Shown here piece by piece: positions 48,821-60,266 of a stretch of 64,000 nucleotides of DNA (its first letter is position 1; the number at the start of each line of letters is the position of its first letter). This DNA comes from an uncultured Holophagales bacterium. GTDB taxonomy: Bacteria > Acidobacteriota > Thermoanaerobaculia > Multivoradales > UBA5704. The stretch covers positions 64,001-128,000 of the forward strand of contig CAWJGT010000009.1 in assembly GCA_963842525.1 (NCBI GenBank), in the 5' to 3' direction. The position numbers and the translations under genes were made by a program. The notes below the pieces were generated by a model that was not told the DNA's origin, ran no database searches, and saw only the letters and a program-made list of their open reading frames with translations.

Positions 48821-50458
48821 TCAGGGCCGGGTGAACAGGATGTAGCCTTCGCGGGGGTCCAGGTCTTCGGCCACCTTGCGGAGGGGCGGCAGGGGAGGCG
48901 GAACCTTCGCCAGGTCGTCCCGCTGGATGAGAATCCAGACCCGGCCCGGCCGCGCGGCGAACGCCCGCAACGCCTCGGGGCTCTCCAGGGGGACGGCGTT
49001 GCGCCGGGTATAGAAGAGGAAGGTCGAGTCGAGCCGCGGGTAGATCCCATAGACGTCTTGCGGGCCCATCTTCTCCAGCAGGAGGCGCGACATGCCGCGG
49101 GTGGATTTGTAGACGTCGAAGCGGGGGAGGAGGACGAGGGAAGCGGCGGCGAAGATCAGCGCCATTCCTGCCGCGAGGCCCGCCGCGGCGCGGCTGATGC
49201 GGCCCGAGCGCGACTGCCACCACGCGTAGAGGGCTCCGAGGAGGAGCGGCACCAGGGCGGCCGTGAGCATCGCGACGAAGCGGTCGCCGCCCAGGGGGAT
49301 TGCCTCCGGCCGGCCGCGGCCCCAGACGGCGATCCCCGCCACGAGCACCAGCGCCAGCCCGGCCAGGAGGCCGCAGGGCCAGACGACCCATCCCCGGTCC
49401 CGCGGCCACGCCGAAGCAATCCGGTCGAGGGCGGCTCCCACGAGCAGGGCCATGGCCGGGTACATGGTCAGGATGTAGACGTCCCGCTTGGCCGGCGAGA
49501 GGCTGAAGAAGACGACGGTCACCACCATCCAGCAAAGGGCGAAAAGAAAGCCCTGGCGCTCCCGCTCCCCGGTCAACCGCTTCCGGCCCACGACGATCGC
49601 CGCCGGCAGGAGGAACGACCAGGGGAAGAACCCGTGCGGGATGGCCGCCAGGTAGTGGTACCAGGGCGCGAAGTGGTGCCAGGGGTCGGCATAGCGGGTG
49701 ACGTTCTGTTTGAGGACGATCTGCCGCAGGTAGTCCTCTCCTCCCCTGATCCCGGCCGGGACCAGCCAGGCGAGCACCACCAGAGCCCAGACGAGCAGGC
49801 CCCGGCCCAGGCCCAGCCTCTTCATCTCCGTCCAATCCCTTGTCAGGGCCAGGAAGGCGAGGATGGACAGCAGCGGCGGCAGGAGGCCCACGGGGCCCTT
49901 GGCCAGGGTGGCGAGCCCGGCGAAGAAAAAGAAAAGGAGATAGAGGCGCGGCCGGCCTTCGGTCCACCCTCTTACCCAGAACCAGACCCCCAGGAGCACC
50001 AGGGCGGTGAGGAGCATGTCGATCTGTCCGAACCGCCCCTGCCAGAGGATCTTGAAGGAGGTTCCGAAGGCCGCGGCGGAGAGCCAGCCGGCGCGGCGGC
50101 CGAAGAACCGCTCGCCGATCCGGAAGGCCAGGAGGATGGCGCCGATCGCGGAGAGCGCCACCGGCAGGCGCGCCGCGGTCTCGTCGACGCCGCCGCGCAG
50201 CGCTCCGAAGAAGGCGATGAGCCAGAAGAGCAGCGGCGGCTTCTGGCTGTAGACCTCGCCGTTCAAGTGCGGGACGGCGAGCTCGCCGAGGAGCGTCATC
50301 TCGCGGGCCACCTCGGCATAGCGGGCCTCGTCCGGGTTCCACAGGTCGCGCCGCCCGAGCCCCGGCAGGAAGGCCAGCGCGGCGAGGAGGGTAAGGACGA
50401 GGAGGTCGCGCCGGAGGTCTCGCCGGTCGTCTTGCCGTAGCGGCCGGGGCTCGCTCAC
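48821..50458 (-). CDS. ArnT/GT39-like membrane glycosyltransferase
   Basis: DEARYAEVAREM, KPPLLFW, LAKGPVG, KRDVYIL..YPA. Confidence 0.9.
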   Translation of the reverse strand: MSEPRPLRQDDRRDLRRDLLVLTLLAALAFLPGLGRRDLWNPDEARYAEVAREMTLLGELAVPHLNGEVYSQKPPLLFWLIAFFGALRGGVDETAARLPVALSAIGAILLAFRIGERFFGRRAGWLSAAAFGTSFKILWQGRFGQIDMLLTALVLLGVWFWVRGWTEGRPRLYLLFFFFAGLATLAKGPVGLLPPLLSILAFLALTRDWTEMKRLGLGRGLLVWALVVLAWLVPAGIRGGEDYLRQIVLKQNVTRYADPWHHFAPWYHYLAAIPHGFFPWSFLLPAAIVVGRKRLTGERERQGFLFALCWMVVTVVFFSLSPAKRDVYILTMYPAMALLVGAALDRIASAWPRDRGWVVWPCGLLAGLALVLVAGIAVWGRGRPEAIPLGGDRFVAMLTAALVPLLLGALYAWWQSRSGRISRAAAGLAAGMALIFAAASLVLLPRFDVYKSTRGMSRLLLEKMGPQDVYGIYPRLDSTFLFYTRRNAVPLESPEALRAFAARPGRVWILIQRDDLAKVPPPLPPLRKVAEDLDPREGYILFTRP

Positions 50459-50763
50459 GGCTGGTCGGCACCTGGGGGCTGCGCCGGGGCGAGCGTGTGG
50501 GTGCGGTAGATGAACCAGAGATTCCGGCTGTAGATGAACAGGCCCGGAATCTGCCCGATGATGATGACGGAGTCGCGCCGGTGGATGCCGTAGGTGAGCA
50601 GCACCACGCTCCCCGCCAGGCTGAAGAACCAGAAAGCCGTGGGGATCACACTGGTCTTCCGCCGCTCGGAGGCGATCCACTGGACGAAGAAGCGGGCGAA
50701 GAAGAAGGACTGGCCGAAGAGACCGATGGCGGTCCAGAGGTTCCAGACGAATTTGTATTCCAA
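50455..50763 (-). CDS. Lipid A biosynthesis N-terminal (LAB_N) domain small membrane protein
   Basis: GQSFFFARFFVQWIASE, FWFFSLAG, YSRNL. Confidence 0.85.
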   Translation of the reverse strand: MEYKFVWNLWTAIGLFGQSFFFARFFVQWIASERRKTSVIPTAFWFFSLAGSVVLLTYGIHRRDSVIIIGQIPGLFIYSRNLWFIYRTHTLAPAQPPGADQP

Positions 50764-51494
50764 GCGTCGATCTCCTCGGAGAGGTTCCGGTCGACCCAGC
50801 GTTTCTGGAGCCAGCGGACGCCGAAGAGGTCGGCGAGGCCGCGCCAGAGGCGGTTGTTGATTCCATACTTGGGCTGCCCGTGCAGCCGCGGCCGGTGGTG
50901 GACCGGCACCTCGGTCACCCGCGCGCCCTCCATCCGGAGGAGCGTCGGCAGGAAGCGGTGCATCCCGTTGAACACCGGGATCCGCCGCAGGTACTCGGCG
51001 CGGTAGGCCCGGAGGGTACAGCCGACATCGGTCACCGACTCGTGGGTGACCCGGTTGCGGACGCTGTTGGCCAGCCGGGATGAGACCCGCCGCACCCAAC
51101 TGTCCTGGCGGCGGGTCCGCACGCCCGAGACCACGTCGTGCTCGTCCATCCGCTCGAGGAGGCGGGGGATGTCCGCCGGGTCGTTCTGGAGGTCGGCGTC
51201 GAGGGTCACCACGACGGGACCGCGGGCGTGCCGGAACCCCGCATCCAACGCCGCCGACTGGCCGCTGTTGTGCCGCTGGCGCAGCACGTGCACGCGTGGA
51301 TCGTCCCGGGCCAGGCCGCGCAGGACCTCGGGGCTCCCGTCGGTGCTGCCGTCGTCGACGTAGAGGACCTCGTAGGGCCGGCCGACGGCCTCCATGGCCT
51401 GGCGGATCTCGCGGTCGAGGACCGGCAGGTTCTCCTCCTCGTTGTAAACGGGGATCACGAGGGAGACCTCCGGGGCTGGAGGCGGGGCGGGCAT
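50646..51494 (-). CDS. GT2 polyprenol-phosphate glycosyltransferase (ArnC/DPM1-like)
   Basis: VIPVYNEEEN, VDDGSTD, TLDADLQNDPAD, MHRFLP. Confidence 0.9.
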   Translation of the reverse strand: MPAPPPAPEVSLVIPVYNEEENLPVLDREIRQAMEAVGRPYEVLYVDDGSTDGSPEVLRGLARDDPRVHVLRQRHNSGQSAALDAGFRHARGPVVVTLDADLQNDPADIPRLLERMDEHDVVSGVRTRRQDSWVRRVSSRLANSVRNRVTHESVTDVGCTLRAYRAEYLRRIPVFNGMHRFLPTLLRMEGARVTEVPVHHRPRLHGQPKYGINNRLWRGLADLFGVRWLQKRWVDRNLSEEIDAWNTNSSGTSGPPSVSSASPSSSPASSSSGSPPSGGRPV

Positions 51495-51665
51495 ACGCGG
51501 TATCTTAATCGAGGGGAGAGCGGGAGGAGGCGCGGCCCGCGTTGCCCTCGAGCGATCTGCTACAGCGCCCAGGTTTGTCCCCGGACCGGACAGCCTGGGG
51601 AGACCCACATCCGAAAGGGATTTTGCTTCGTACTCAAGCGATGAGCCCGATGGGGAGGAAGAGCT

Positions 51666-52199
51666 GTGAGAGATTGTGCTTCCTGCGGATTCATTCTTGT
51701 GCTGTTGCTGTTGCCCGTTTCGGCGGCCGCTGAGTCGCAGTATCGCCTCGGCCCGCCCCAGGAGGTGGTCGCCAGCTCGGGTGTGTTCGAGACCCTGAAG
51801 GACGCCGACACCTTCGAGATCGGCGCCGAGGTCCGCTACGCCCCTCGCCGCTTCCCGTGGCTGCCTCGTTTCGTACCCGACCTGATCCCGGTCGCAGGAA
51901 CGATGGCCGGCTCCCGGGGCATCCTCTACGCCTATGGCGGGCTCCGGATCGAGCTGCCGCTGGCAGACCGCTGGGGGATCAGCTCCGGCTCGGCACTCGG
52001 CCTCTACGAGCCGGCGCACGGCAAGAACCTGGGCGGCCCGCTGGAGTTCCGCTCCCACATCGAGCTGTCCTACCGGATGCGCGACGGCTCGCGCGTGGGG
52101 CTCTGCCTCTACCACCTCTCGAACGGCGGTCTTCACGACGGCAATCCGGGCACCGAGTCCCTGGTGCTCAATTACAGCGCGCCCCTGCGCCGACGCTAA
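51666..52199 (+). CDS. Lipid A 3-O-deacylase (PagL-like) beta-barrel
   Basis: Signal peptide; LGGPLEFRS, YHLSNGGL..NPG.E. Confidence 0.8.
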   Translation: MRDCASCGFILVLLLLPVSAAAESQYRLGPPQEVVASSGVFETLKDADTFEIGAEVRYAPRRFPWLPRFVPDLIPVAGTMAGSRGILYAYGGLRIELPLADRWGISSGSALGLYEPAHGKNLGGPLEFRSHIELSYRMRDGSRVGLCLYHLSNGGLHDGNPGTESLVLNYSAPLRRR

Positions 52200-52269
52200 A
52201 AAACGTCCAAAACATTGAATTCCGTGCATCGGTCGGGTATCATGCGGCTTCCAGGAGGAGGAGCGTCGC

Positions 52270-52905
52270 ATGACTGAGCACGCCGAGGCCGCGAGAGGCC
52301 TCCGAGAGATCGCCTGTGGCAAGACGTTTAGCTGGATCGCCCGGCGCCGGGGTCTGCTGGCCTCCCTGCTGGGAGCCATCGCCATCGCCAATGCCCTGTG
52401 GGGCAACGCCCAGCCCCTCGACCTCCTCGGAGAGGGCCGCTCTCCCTTGACGCCCTGGATCCTGGCGCTGGTGTTTCTCGGCGTGTTCATCCGCGTCTGG
52501 GGAGCGGGCAACCTCAACAAGAGGGCCGAGGTGACCCGGACGGGCATCTACCGCATGGTGCGGCATCCGCTCTACCTCGGGAACAACCTGGTCTTCCTGG
52601 CCTGTTTCCTTGCTCTCGGCGCCCCGGTCCTCAATCTCTCCCTGTTCGTCCTGCTCGTGCTCCTCGTGCACTATCCGGTGATGCTCCAGGAGGAGCAGCG
52701 CCTGGCGCGGGACTACCCCGCGGCTTTCGCCGACCACGAAGCGGTGCCGCGGCTGCTGCCCGACCTGCGCGCCCTCCCGGCGGCGGTGAAGAGCGACTGT
52801 TTCTCGTTGCGCCGCGCCCTGCACAACCGTGCGGCCATCAGCCTCTGGGCCTTCGCCCTGCCGTTCGCCATGGAGGGGTTGATCCTGCTCCGCGGGATGG
52901 TGTGA
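52270..52905 (+). CDS. Isoprenylcysteine carboxyl methyltransferase/PEMT family membrane protein
   Basis: GIYRMVRHPLYLG, EEQRL, VPRLLP. Confidence 0.85.
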   Translation: MTEHAEAARGLREIACGKTFSWIARRRGLLASLLGAIAIANALWGNAQPLDLLGEGRSPLTPWILALVFLGVFIRVWGAGNLNKRAEVTRTGIYRMVRHPLYLGNNLVFLACFLALGAPVLNLSLFVLLVLLVHYPVMLQEEQRLARDYPAAFADHEAVPRLLPDLRALPAAVKSDCFSLRRALHNRAAISLWAFALPFAMEGLILLRGMV

Positions 52906-52969
52906 GCGGCGCGGGCTCCCTCTTTCCCGGGAGAGGGATAGGATCGATCAATATGCTATCCTCCAGGTC

Positions 52970-53221
52970 ATGGCGGTCGATCCGGAGCTGTTGGAGATCC
53001 TCGTCTGTCCGCAGACCAAGGGTGAGCTGGAGCTGATCGAGCTGCCGGCGGAGGTCCGCGCCACACTGGTCGAGAGGTACCGGGAGCACTTCCGGGACGA
53101 GGAGCCGGTGGTGGAGCAGGGCCTCTATTGCTCCGCCTCCGGGCTCGTCTATCCGATTGTCTCGGACATCCCGATCATGCTGATCGAAGAAGCGCTCCCC
53201 GCCTCCGCCGTCGGGCGGTAG
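52970..53221 (+). CDS. Trm112/YcaR family protein
   Basis: LLEILVCPQTKG...YPIVSDIPIMLIEEA. Confidence 0.88.
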   Translation: MAVDPELLEILVCPQTKGELELIELPAEVRATLVERYREHFRDEEPVVEQGLYCSASGLVYPIVSDIPIMLIEEALPASAVGR

Positions 53222-53236
53222 CCTCAGGCGTGCCCC

Positions 53237-54472
53237 GTGCCGGCGGACCTCCGGCTTTCCGCGCCGACCTGCGAGGCTCCGGTCCTCCCGGCGGAGCCGG
53301 TGCGCCGCCCCTCCTGGCTGGTGCGGGCGGGCTCCTGGCTCTTCCAGGGGCATATCCTCGCCGTCTTCAGCATCGCCCTCTGCAGCATCCTGCTCGGGCT
53401 GGCCGTGCTCGCCGCCCCGTGGACCGTGCGCGTCCGCCGGGTGCGCTGGGCGGCGGCGGCTCCGGTCACGGTGCCGCTCGGGGTCTATGCCCTGACGCTG
53501 GTCGCCTCGATCCTCGCCTCTTTCGATCCGCTCACCAGCCTGAACGGCCTGCGCGAGCTCTTCACCCTCACCGCCCTTCCCCTCGCGTTCCTCTTCGTGC
53601 GCGGCGAGCGCGTCGTGCGCCGCATGGTCGACGGGCTGGTGCTCGTCGGGGCGCTTCTGGCCGGCACCGGGCTCGCGCAGTACCTGATTGGCTACGGCGA
53701 CATCGAACGCCGCATCCGCGGCCCCTTCTCGCACTACATGACCTTTTCGGGGTTCCTGCTGATCTGCGATCTCCTGCTGCTCGCGGCGCTGATGTTCAGC
53801 CCGCGGCGGCGGCGGAGCCTGTGGCGCTGGGCGGCGCTGCTGCTCATCAACGTCGCCCTGCTGGGGAGCCTCACGCGCAGCGCCTGGGTGGCTCTCGCGG
53901 TGACCCTCACCCTGCTCCTGATCGCCCGCGCGCCCCGCCTCCTGTTCGCCTACGTGCCGGCGGCCTTGCTGTTCATCGTGCTCGCCCCGGTGCCGATGGT
54001 CCAGCGCATGGCCTCGATCGTCGACCTGCGGGACAACTCGAACTACGACCGGCTCTGCATGGTGAAAGCGGGCCTGGCGATGGTGGCGGAGCGCCCGCTC
54101 TTCGGCCTCGGGCCGGAGATGGTCGAGCGGCGCTATCCGATCTACCGGGAGCCCACGGCGCCGCGCTTCCAGGTCCCCCACCTCCACAACACTTTCCTGC
54201 AGCTCGCCGCCGAGCGGGGCCTGCCCGCCCTGGCCGCCTATCTCGCCCTGCTCGGCGGCAGCGCGTGGGCGGCCTGGCGGTGCTACGTGCGCGAGGGGAA
54301 GAGCCGCGGCCCGCGGGCCGATCTCTACGCCGGGACGGTCCTCGCCCTGCTCGCCTTCAGCGTGGCGGGGCTGTTCGAGAACAACTGGGGGGACACCGAG
54401 GTGCAGCGGCCGGCATTGTTCCTGCTTGCGCTTCCGTTCTGTCTGGCCGCTGGCGAGAACGAGGAGACGTAA
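53237..54472 (+). CDS. O-antigen ligase family protein
   Basis: Multiple TM segments; TRSAW, PLFGLG, HLHNTFLQLAAERG. Confidence 0.88.
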   Translation: MPADLRLSAPTCEAPVLPAEPVRRPSWLVRAGSWLFQGHILAVFSIALCSILLGLAVLAAPWTVRVRRVRWAAAAPVTVPLGVYALTLVASILASFDPLTSLNGLRELFTLTALPLAFLFVRGERVVRRMVDGLVLVGALLAGTGLAQYLIGYGDIERRIRGPFSHYMTFSGFLLICDLLLLAALMFSPRRRRSLWRWAALLLINVALLGSLTRSAWVALAVTLTLLLIARAPRLLFAYVPAALLFIVLAPVPMVQRMASIVDLRDNSNYDRLCMVKAGLAMVAERPLFGLGPEMVERRYPIYREPTAPRFQVPHLHNTFLQLAAERGLPALAAYLALLGGSAWAAWRCYVREGKSRGPRADLYAGTVLALLAFSVAGLFENNWGDTEVQRPALFLLALPFCLAAGENEET

Positions 54473-54501
54473 GATACGGCACGGAAGGGGGAACCCCGGA
54501 G

Positions 54502-55254
54502 TTGCGTCTGGATCAGCTTCTGGTCGAGCGTGGCCTGTTCCCCAGCCGTGAGCAGGCGCGGAGAGCGGTCATGGCAGGGGTGGTCGAGGTCGAGGGGCGG
54601 CGCGTGGACAAGCCCGGCACGGCGGTGCCCGGCGCGGCACGCCTGGAGGTCCTTGCGCCCAGGGAGCCCTTCGTCTCCCGCGCCGGCCGCAAGCTCGCCG
54701 CCGCGCTCGACCATTTCGGGATCGACCCCGCCGGCCGGGTCTGCCTCGACGCCGGGGCGTCCACTGGAGGGTTCACCGACTGTCTCCTTCAGAGAGGGGC
54801 CGCCCGGGTGTACGCGCTCGACGTCGGCTACGGCCAGCTCGACCATCGTCTGCGCACCGACCCGCGGGTCGTCGTCATGGAGCGGACCAACGCCCGCCAT
54901 CTCGCGTCCGACGCGCTCCCCGAGCCCTGCGGCCTGATCACCGTCGACGTCTCCTTCATCGCGCTCGCGAAAGTGGTGCCGGCGCTGCTGCCGCACCTCG
55001 CTCCCGGCGGCCTGCTGCTGCCGCTGATCAAGCCGCAGTTCGAGGCCGGCCGGGGCGCCGTGGGCAAGGGGGGCATCCTGCGCGACGAGGCCGCCCGCGA
55101 GAAGGTGGTGCGCGAGACCGCCGAGGGGCTGGCGCGGCTGGGCGCAGGTCCTGCGGGGGTGGGGCTCGAGCTCGCCGGCCTCTTCGACTCGCCCATCCAC
55201 GGCACCGGCGGCAACCGCGAGGCGTTCGCCCTCTTGCGCAAGGGAGCGGCATGA
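54502..55254 (+). CDS. tlyA: TlyA family rRNA methyltransferase
   Basis: RLDQLLVERGL, VSRAGRKL, DAGASTGGFTD, LIKPQFE, GNRE; start approximate. Confidence 0.92.
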   Translation: MRLDQLLVERGLFPSREQARRAVMAGVVEVEGRRVDKPGTAVPGAARLEVLAPREPFVSRAGRKLAAALDHFGIDPAGRVCLDAGASTGGFTDCLLQRGAARVYALDVGYGQLDHRLRTDPRVVVMERTNARHLASDALPEPCGLITVDVSFIALAKVVPALLPHLAPGGLLLPLIKPQFEAGRGAVGKGGILRDEAAREKVVRETAEGLARLGAGPAGVGLELAGLFDSPIHGTGGNREAFALLRKGAA

Positions 55255-56168
55255 GGCGCCGGCGCAAGCTCCAGCGGATCGGCGTCGTCAGCAAGGTGGC
55301 GAGCCGCGAGGCCGTCCATACGGCTCACGAGCTGGCCGAGTGGCTGCGCCGGCGCGGCTTGGAGGCCGTGCTCGACGAAGCCACTCTGCGCGCCCGGAGC
55401 GGCAGCGGGGACGCCGCCTTCCACCCCGGCGACCCGGTCGACCTGGTGGTGGTGCTCGGCGGCGACGGCACGCTGCTGTCGGTGGCGCGGGCGGTGGGCT
55501 CCGGCGTGCCGATCCTCGGGGTCAACCTGGGCAACCTCGGCTTCCTGACCGAGATCGGCCGCGGCGAGCTGTACCCTTCGCTGGTGCAGGTGCTGGCCGG
55601 CCGCTTTCGCACCGAGGAGCGGTCGCTCTTCGACGTCGAGCTGCAGAGGAACGGCAGCGGCTCGCTCAATTTCCGGGTGCTCAACGACGCCGTGATCAAC
55701 AAGAGCGCCCTCGCCCGCATCATCGAGCTGACCCTGCGCATCGACGGCCACCTGATCTCCCGCTTCCGCGCCGACGGCCTGATCATCTCGACTCCGACCG
55801 GCTCGACCGCCTACAACCTGTCGGCCGGCGGGCCGATCCTGAGCCCCCTGCTGCCGGTCGCGGTGCTCACCCCGATCTGCCCGCACGCCCTGTCGCTGCG
55901 GCCGATCGTGGTGCCGGACACCGGTCAGATCGAAATTACGCTGGAGACCCAGCGCGAGGAGGTCTATCTGACCCTCGACGGCCAGGAGGGGACCTCGTTC
56001 GGCTACCGTGACGTGATCCGCATCACCCGCAGCCGCGACCGGGTACGCCTGGTCAAGATCAGCGGGCGCGGCTTCTTCGATCACCTGCGCGGCAAGCTCC
56101 GCTGGGGCGGCCTCGACGGCCGGCCCGACGGCGCGGGCGTACCCGAGCCCCTGGAGGAGACCCCGTGA
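55251..56168 (+). CDS. nadK: NAD(+) kinase
   Basis: GGDGT, GNLGFL, LND, STPTGSTAYNLSAGGPI. Confidence 0.95.
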   Translation: MRRRRKLQRIGVVSKVASREAVHTAHELAEWLRRRGLEAVLDEATLRARSGSGDAAFHPGDPVDLVVVLGGDGTLLSVARAVGSGVPILGVNLGNLGFLTEIGRGELYPSLVQVLAGRFRTEERSLFDVELQRNGSGSLNFRVLNDAVINKSALARIIELTLRIDGHLISRFRADGLIISTPTGSTAYNLSAGGPILSPLLPVAVLTPICPHALSLRPIVVPDTGQIEITLETQREEVYLTLDGQEGTSFGYRDVIRITRSRDRVRLVKISGRGFFDHLRGKLRWGGLDGRPDGAGVPEPLEETP

Positions 56169-59100
56169 GCGACGAGGTCGAGAACAGCGAGCCTCCGTCG
56201 GAGCCCCCGCCGCGCCGCCGGCATGGCCGCGTGCGGCGCTGGGTGGTCCGCCCCTTCATCTGGGGCCTCCTGTTCCTGGCCGTGGTGGTGGCGGCCGCCC
56301 TGCTGTTGGTCCAGAGCCGGTACGTCCGCAACCAGGCCGCCGCCCGGCTGGCCGCCGCGGTCTCCGAGAAGCTGGGACGCCAGATCCGCATCGGCGACCT
56401 CGACTACAACTTCCTGCCGCTCGAGGTCGAGGTGCGCGACGTGGTGATCCCGGGCTCGAAGCCCGGGGACCCGCCCTTCGCCTACATCCCCTACGGCCGG
56501 GTCCAGTTCTCCTGGCGCGACCTGGAGCAGCGCGTCCTGCGCCTGGAGCAGCTCGAGGCCGTCGAGCCCCAGATCTACATCCAGCTCAACCCCGACGGCA
56601 CGGACAACCTCCCGCGATGGCGGACCGAGAAACAGGGGCCGCGGCGCTTCGAGGTCCAGATCGGGCGCATCCTGCTCCAGGGCGGGACCCTGCGGATCAA
56701 TGAGCGCCGGCTGCCGCTCTCCGTCGAGGCGCGCGCGGTCTGGGGCCGCCTGATCGGTTCCGCCGAGCGGGGTGGAGAAGGCGGCGACCGGCTGGATGCC
56801 CTGGCCACCGCCCAGGACGTCAAGATCCTGCTCCCCAACGCCCTTCCCTGGCGGAGCACGGTATCGGTCAAAGCGAGCCTCGACCCGCGGCAGGGGCGGG
56901 CCCGGATCGCCGGCGCCCGCATCGCCGGCCCGGACCTCCAGACGCGGGTCGCCGGCACGATCCAATGGCGCGCTGATTCCAGGGGTCCGAGGCGGGTGGA
57001 CTTGCGGGTCGACGCCCGGGGCGCGGCCCAGCTCGCCAACCGGCTCGGCTACATGAAGGAGCCGATCGAGGGCCCGTTCACCTTCCGCGGCCGGATCGAC
57101 GTCCGCGGGAGGGAGTGGAAGTGGTCCGGCACCGCCAGCGCGCCGCGCATCGCCGTCCTCAACCGGGTGTTTCGCGGCATCGGAGCGGAGATCGAGGGCA
57201 ACCGCGAGATCGTGACCGCCGACGTCGCGGAAGCCGAATACGCGGGCGGGCAGATCGAAGGGCTGGTCGTGGTCCAGGTGTCCGACGAGGGACGGCCGGG
57301 CACGCCGGTCGACCTCGACCTGGCCCTCTCCGGCCTCTCCCTGCAGACCGTCATCCAGGACCAGTTTCCGGGCGAGCGCTTCCCGGTGGTGAGCAACCTC
57401 GACGGCCGGATCCGCGGCAATCTACGCTATGGCTTCAACACCGAGGCGGTCCTGCGCGGCAGCGGCGCCGCCGACCTGCGGGTCGAGGCCGTCCACCGGC
57501 AGAGCCGCCTTCCTCTCTCCACCGCCGCCCGCCTGCTCATCGAGGACGGCATCGTCACCAGCCCGGAGATCCGGGTCACGGCGCCGGCCCAGGAGGCGGT
57601 CGCCCGCAATTTCGACCTCGACCTGGAGCGCGCCTCCGGCGGCCTGACCTGGGAGCTGGCGAGCCGCGACCTCGGCCGCATCGCGCCGCTCCTGATGGAG
57701 GACGCCAAGCCGGGCGAGGAGCGCCCCTTCTGGCTGCCCACGGCAGGACAGGGCCGGCTGGGGGGAGAGGTGACCTTCACCCGCGACCAGTACGCGATCC
57801 GCATGGACCTCGACCTCCGCAACGCCGTCACCCCCGACCTGCGGGCCGACGTGGTCCGCGGCTCGATGCTCCTGCGGCCCGAGGCGATCGAGGATCTGCA
57901 GATCGCTCTCACGAGCGGCCCGGGAGAGATGACCGTCGCCGGCCGCGTGCCCCTCCCGCGCGAAGGGGAGACCGTGGCCCGCGAGCCCATGGCGCTCGCC
58001 GTGGACACCCGTGCATGGCCCGCCGCCAGTGTAGCCGGTTTCCTCTTCCCCGACGCTCGGGGTTGGGACCTTGGCGGCCTGGTCACCGGCCAGGTGAACG
58101 TCCAGGGCTATCCGGAGAATCTGGACGGCAAGGCCGATTTCGACGTCGCGGACCTGGCGGTGGCCGGCGCCGCGGTGGGCCGGGTGCGCGCGAGCGTGCT
58201 CTTCGACGGCCCGCGCATCCAGGTGACCCAGGCCGTCACCGAGACGCCCGCGGGCAACGTCCTGGTCCGCGGTACCTTCGTGGCCGCTCCCGCCGGCCAG
58301 GAGGGCGGGACCCTCGATTTCACCGTCGACGCGCCGGAGCTGTCGCTCGCGGCCGACCCGTTCCGACAGATCACCGGCGGCCGTCTCGAGGGCCGCACGT
58401 CGGTGGCGGCGGTCATTGGCGGTACGTTCGACCGGCCCGAGGCGACCGTGCGGGTGCTCGGCAGCGGCCTCGCCCTGGCCGGCCGGCCCCTCGGCGAGGA
58501 CGGCGGGTCGGGCACGGCCCAGGCGCTCGTCTCCTGGGACGGCCGCTCGCTGCGCGCCACCGGCTCGCTCCTCGGCCTCGTCACCTTCGACGGCGGCGGG
58601 GGAGCTCGACCTGCAGCGTGGCGCCGACCTCGCCTTCGACGTGCGCAGCGACGACCTGCAGGCCCTGGCCGGGGTCCTCGCGCCGCAGCCGCTGCCGGAG
58701 CTCCAGGGCTCGTTCCTGGGCAGCCTCGCCGTCGACGCCGACTTCCCGGCGGAGACCTGGCAGGCCGAGCTGCGGCTGGCCGACCTGCGGGTGCAGTACG
58801 AGGGGCACCGCATCGCCAGCCTCGAGCCGGTCGTCATCGATCTCCTGCCGGACCGGCTGGAGGTCCGCTCCTTTTACCTGGGGGAGCCGGAGAGCGAGAC
58901 CGAGATCTTCGTCTCCGGTTCGGTCGGGCTCGGCGAAACCATGCCGCTCAACCTGCGCATCCAGAGCACCATCTCGGCGGTCTGGGCCGAGCTCTTCGTG
59001 CCACAGATCGACATCGACGGCTACCTGGACATCCTGGCGACCGTCCGCGGCACCGCGGACGACCCGGCCCTCAACGGGCAGGGCGAGCTGCGGCAGGGCC

Positions 59101-60266
59101 GGCTGATCGTCCCCGACTTCCCGCAGATCGACCAGATCCAGGGGCTCGTCTTCCTCAACCGCGACTCGATCGAGGTCGACGGGCTGCGTGCGCGCATGGG
59201 CGGCGGCCAGCTCCAGGGCACGGGCCGGCTGGACCTGCCGCGTTCGGGCGAGCCCTTCACATATCGGCTGAACGTCATCGCCGAGGACGTCAGCGTCCGC
59301 TACCCCGAAGGCTTCCTCGCCCGCGGCGACGCCGATCTGGCCCTCGTGGCAACAGCGGCGACTCCGCAGAGCCGGGTGATCCGGGGCGAGGTACGGCTCA
59401 GCCGCCTGTTCTACCTGGAGGACTTCGAGGTCGATCCCCTTCAGCTCCTGCGCACCGGCCTGCAGCGCCAGCGCCTGGAGGTGGCCGAGACCGACGAATT
59501 CCTGGCCACCACCCAGCTCAACATCCAGATCACCGGCGAGGACGCCCTGCGCATCAACAACAACCTCGCCAACCTTCGCGGCTCCCTGGAGCAGCTCTCC
59601 GTCCGCGGCACCCTGGCCAGCCCCGTCGTCTTCGGGCAGGTGGAGCTCGAGCCGGGCGGCAAGGTGGTCTACCAGGACAACGAGTACGAGATCGAGCGCG
59701 GTCTGATCACCTTCAACAACCCGTACCGGCTGGACCCGACCTTCGACATCGTGGCGCGGACCGAGGTGCGCAACTACGACATCCTGCTCTTCCTCGAAGG
59801 GACCCTCGAGCGGATGAAGGCCCGGTTCTCCTCCGACGAGGGGCTGGCCGACCTGGAGGTGCTGGCGCTGCTCGCCACCGGCCAGGAGCTGGAGGGCCAG
59901 GGGCGGCTCCTCGCGCCCGGCGAACGGCGGGTCGAGAGCGAAATGAACCTCGGGCCGTCGAGCTTCCTGGCGGGGCAGGCGGCCTCCCTGGTCAGCCGGC
60001 GGGTCGGCACCCTCTTCGGCTTCGACCGCTTCCGCATCGACCCCCTGTCGAACACCAGCCGCGGCACCCTCGGCGGCGTCCGCCTGAGCGTCGGCAAGCG
60101 CATCTCCCGCAACCTGTTCGTCACCTACAGCGTCAATCCGGCGGCCTCCGAGGAGTACCTGGTCCGCGCCGAGTGGCAGATCGCGAACAACGTGCTCCTG
60201 GTCTTCAGCCGCGACGGCAAGGAAGACTCGTACGCCGTCGACGCCGAGTGGGAGAAGCGCTTTTGA
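56165..60266 (+). CDS. TamB/AsmA-like translocation-assembly protein with a frameshift near 58600
   Basis: N-terminal TM anchor, long beta-rich body, TamB-like C-terminus (GKRISRNLFVTYS...WEKRF) in a second frame. Confidence 0.85.
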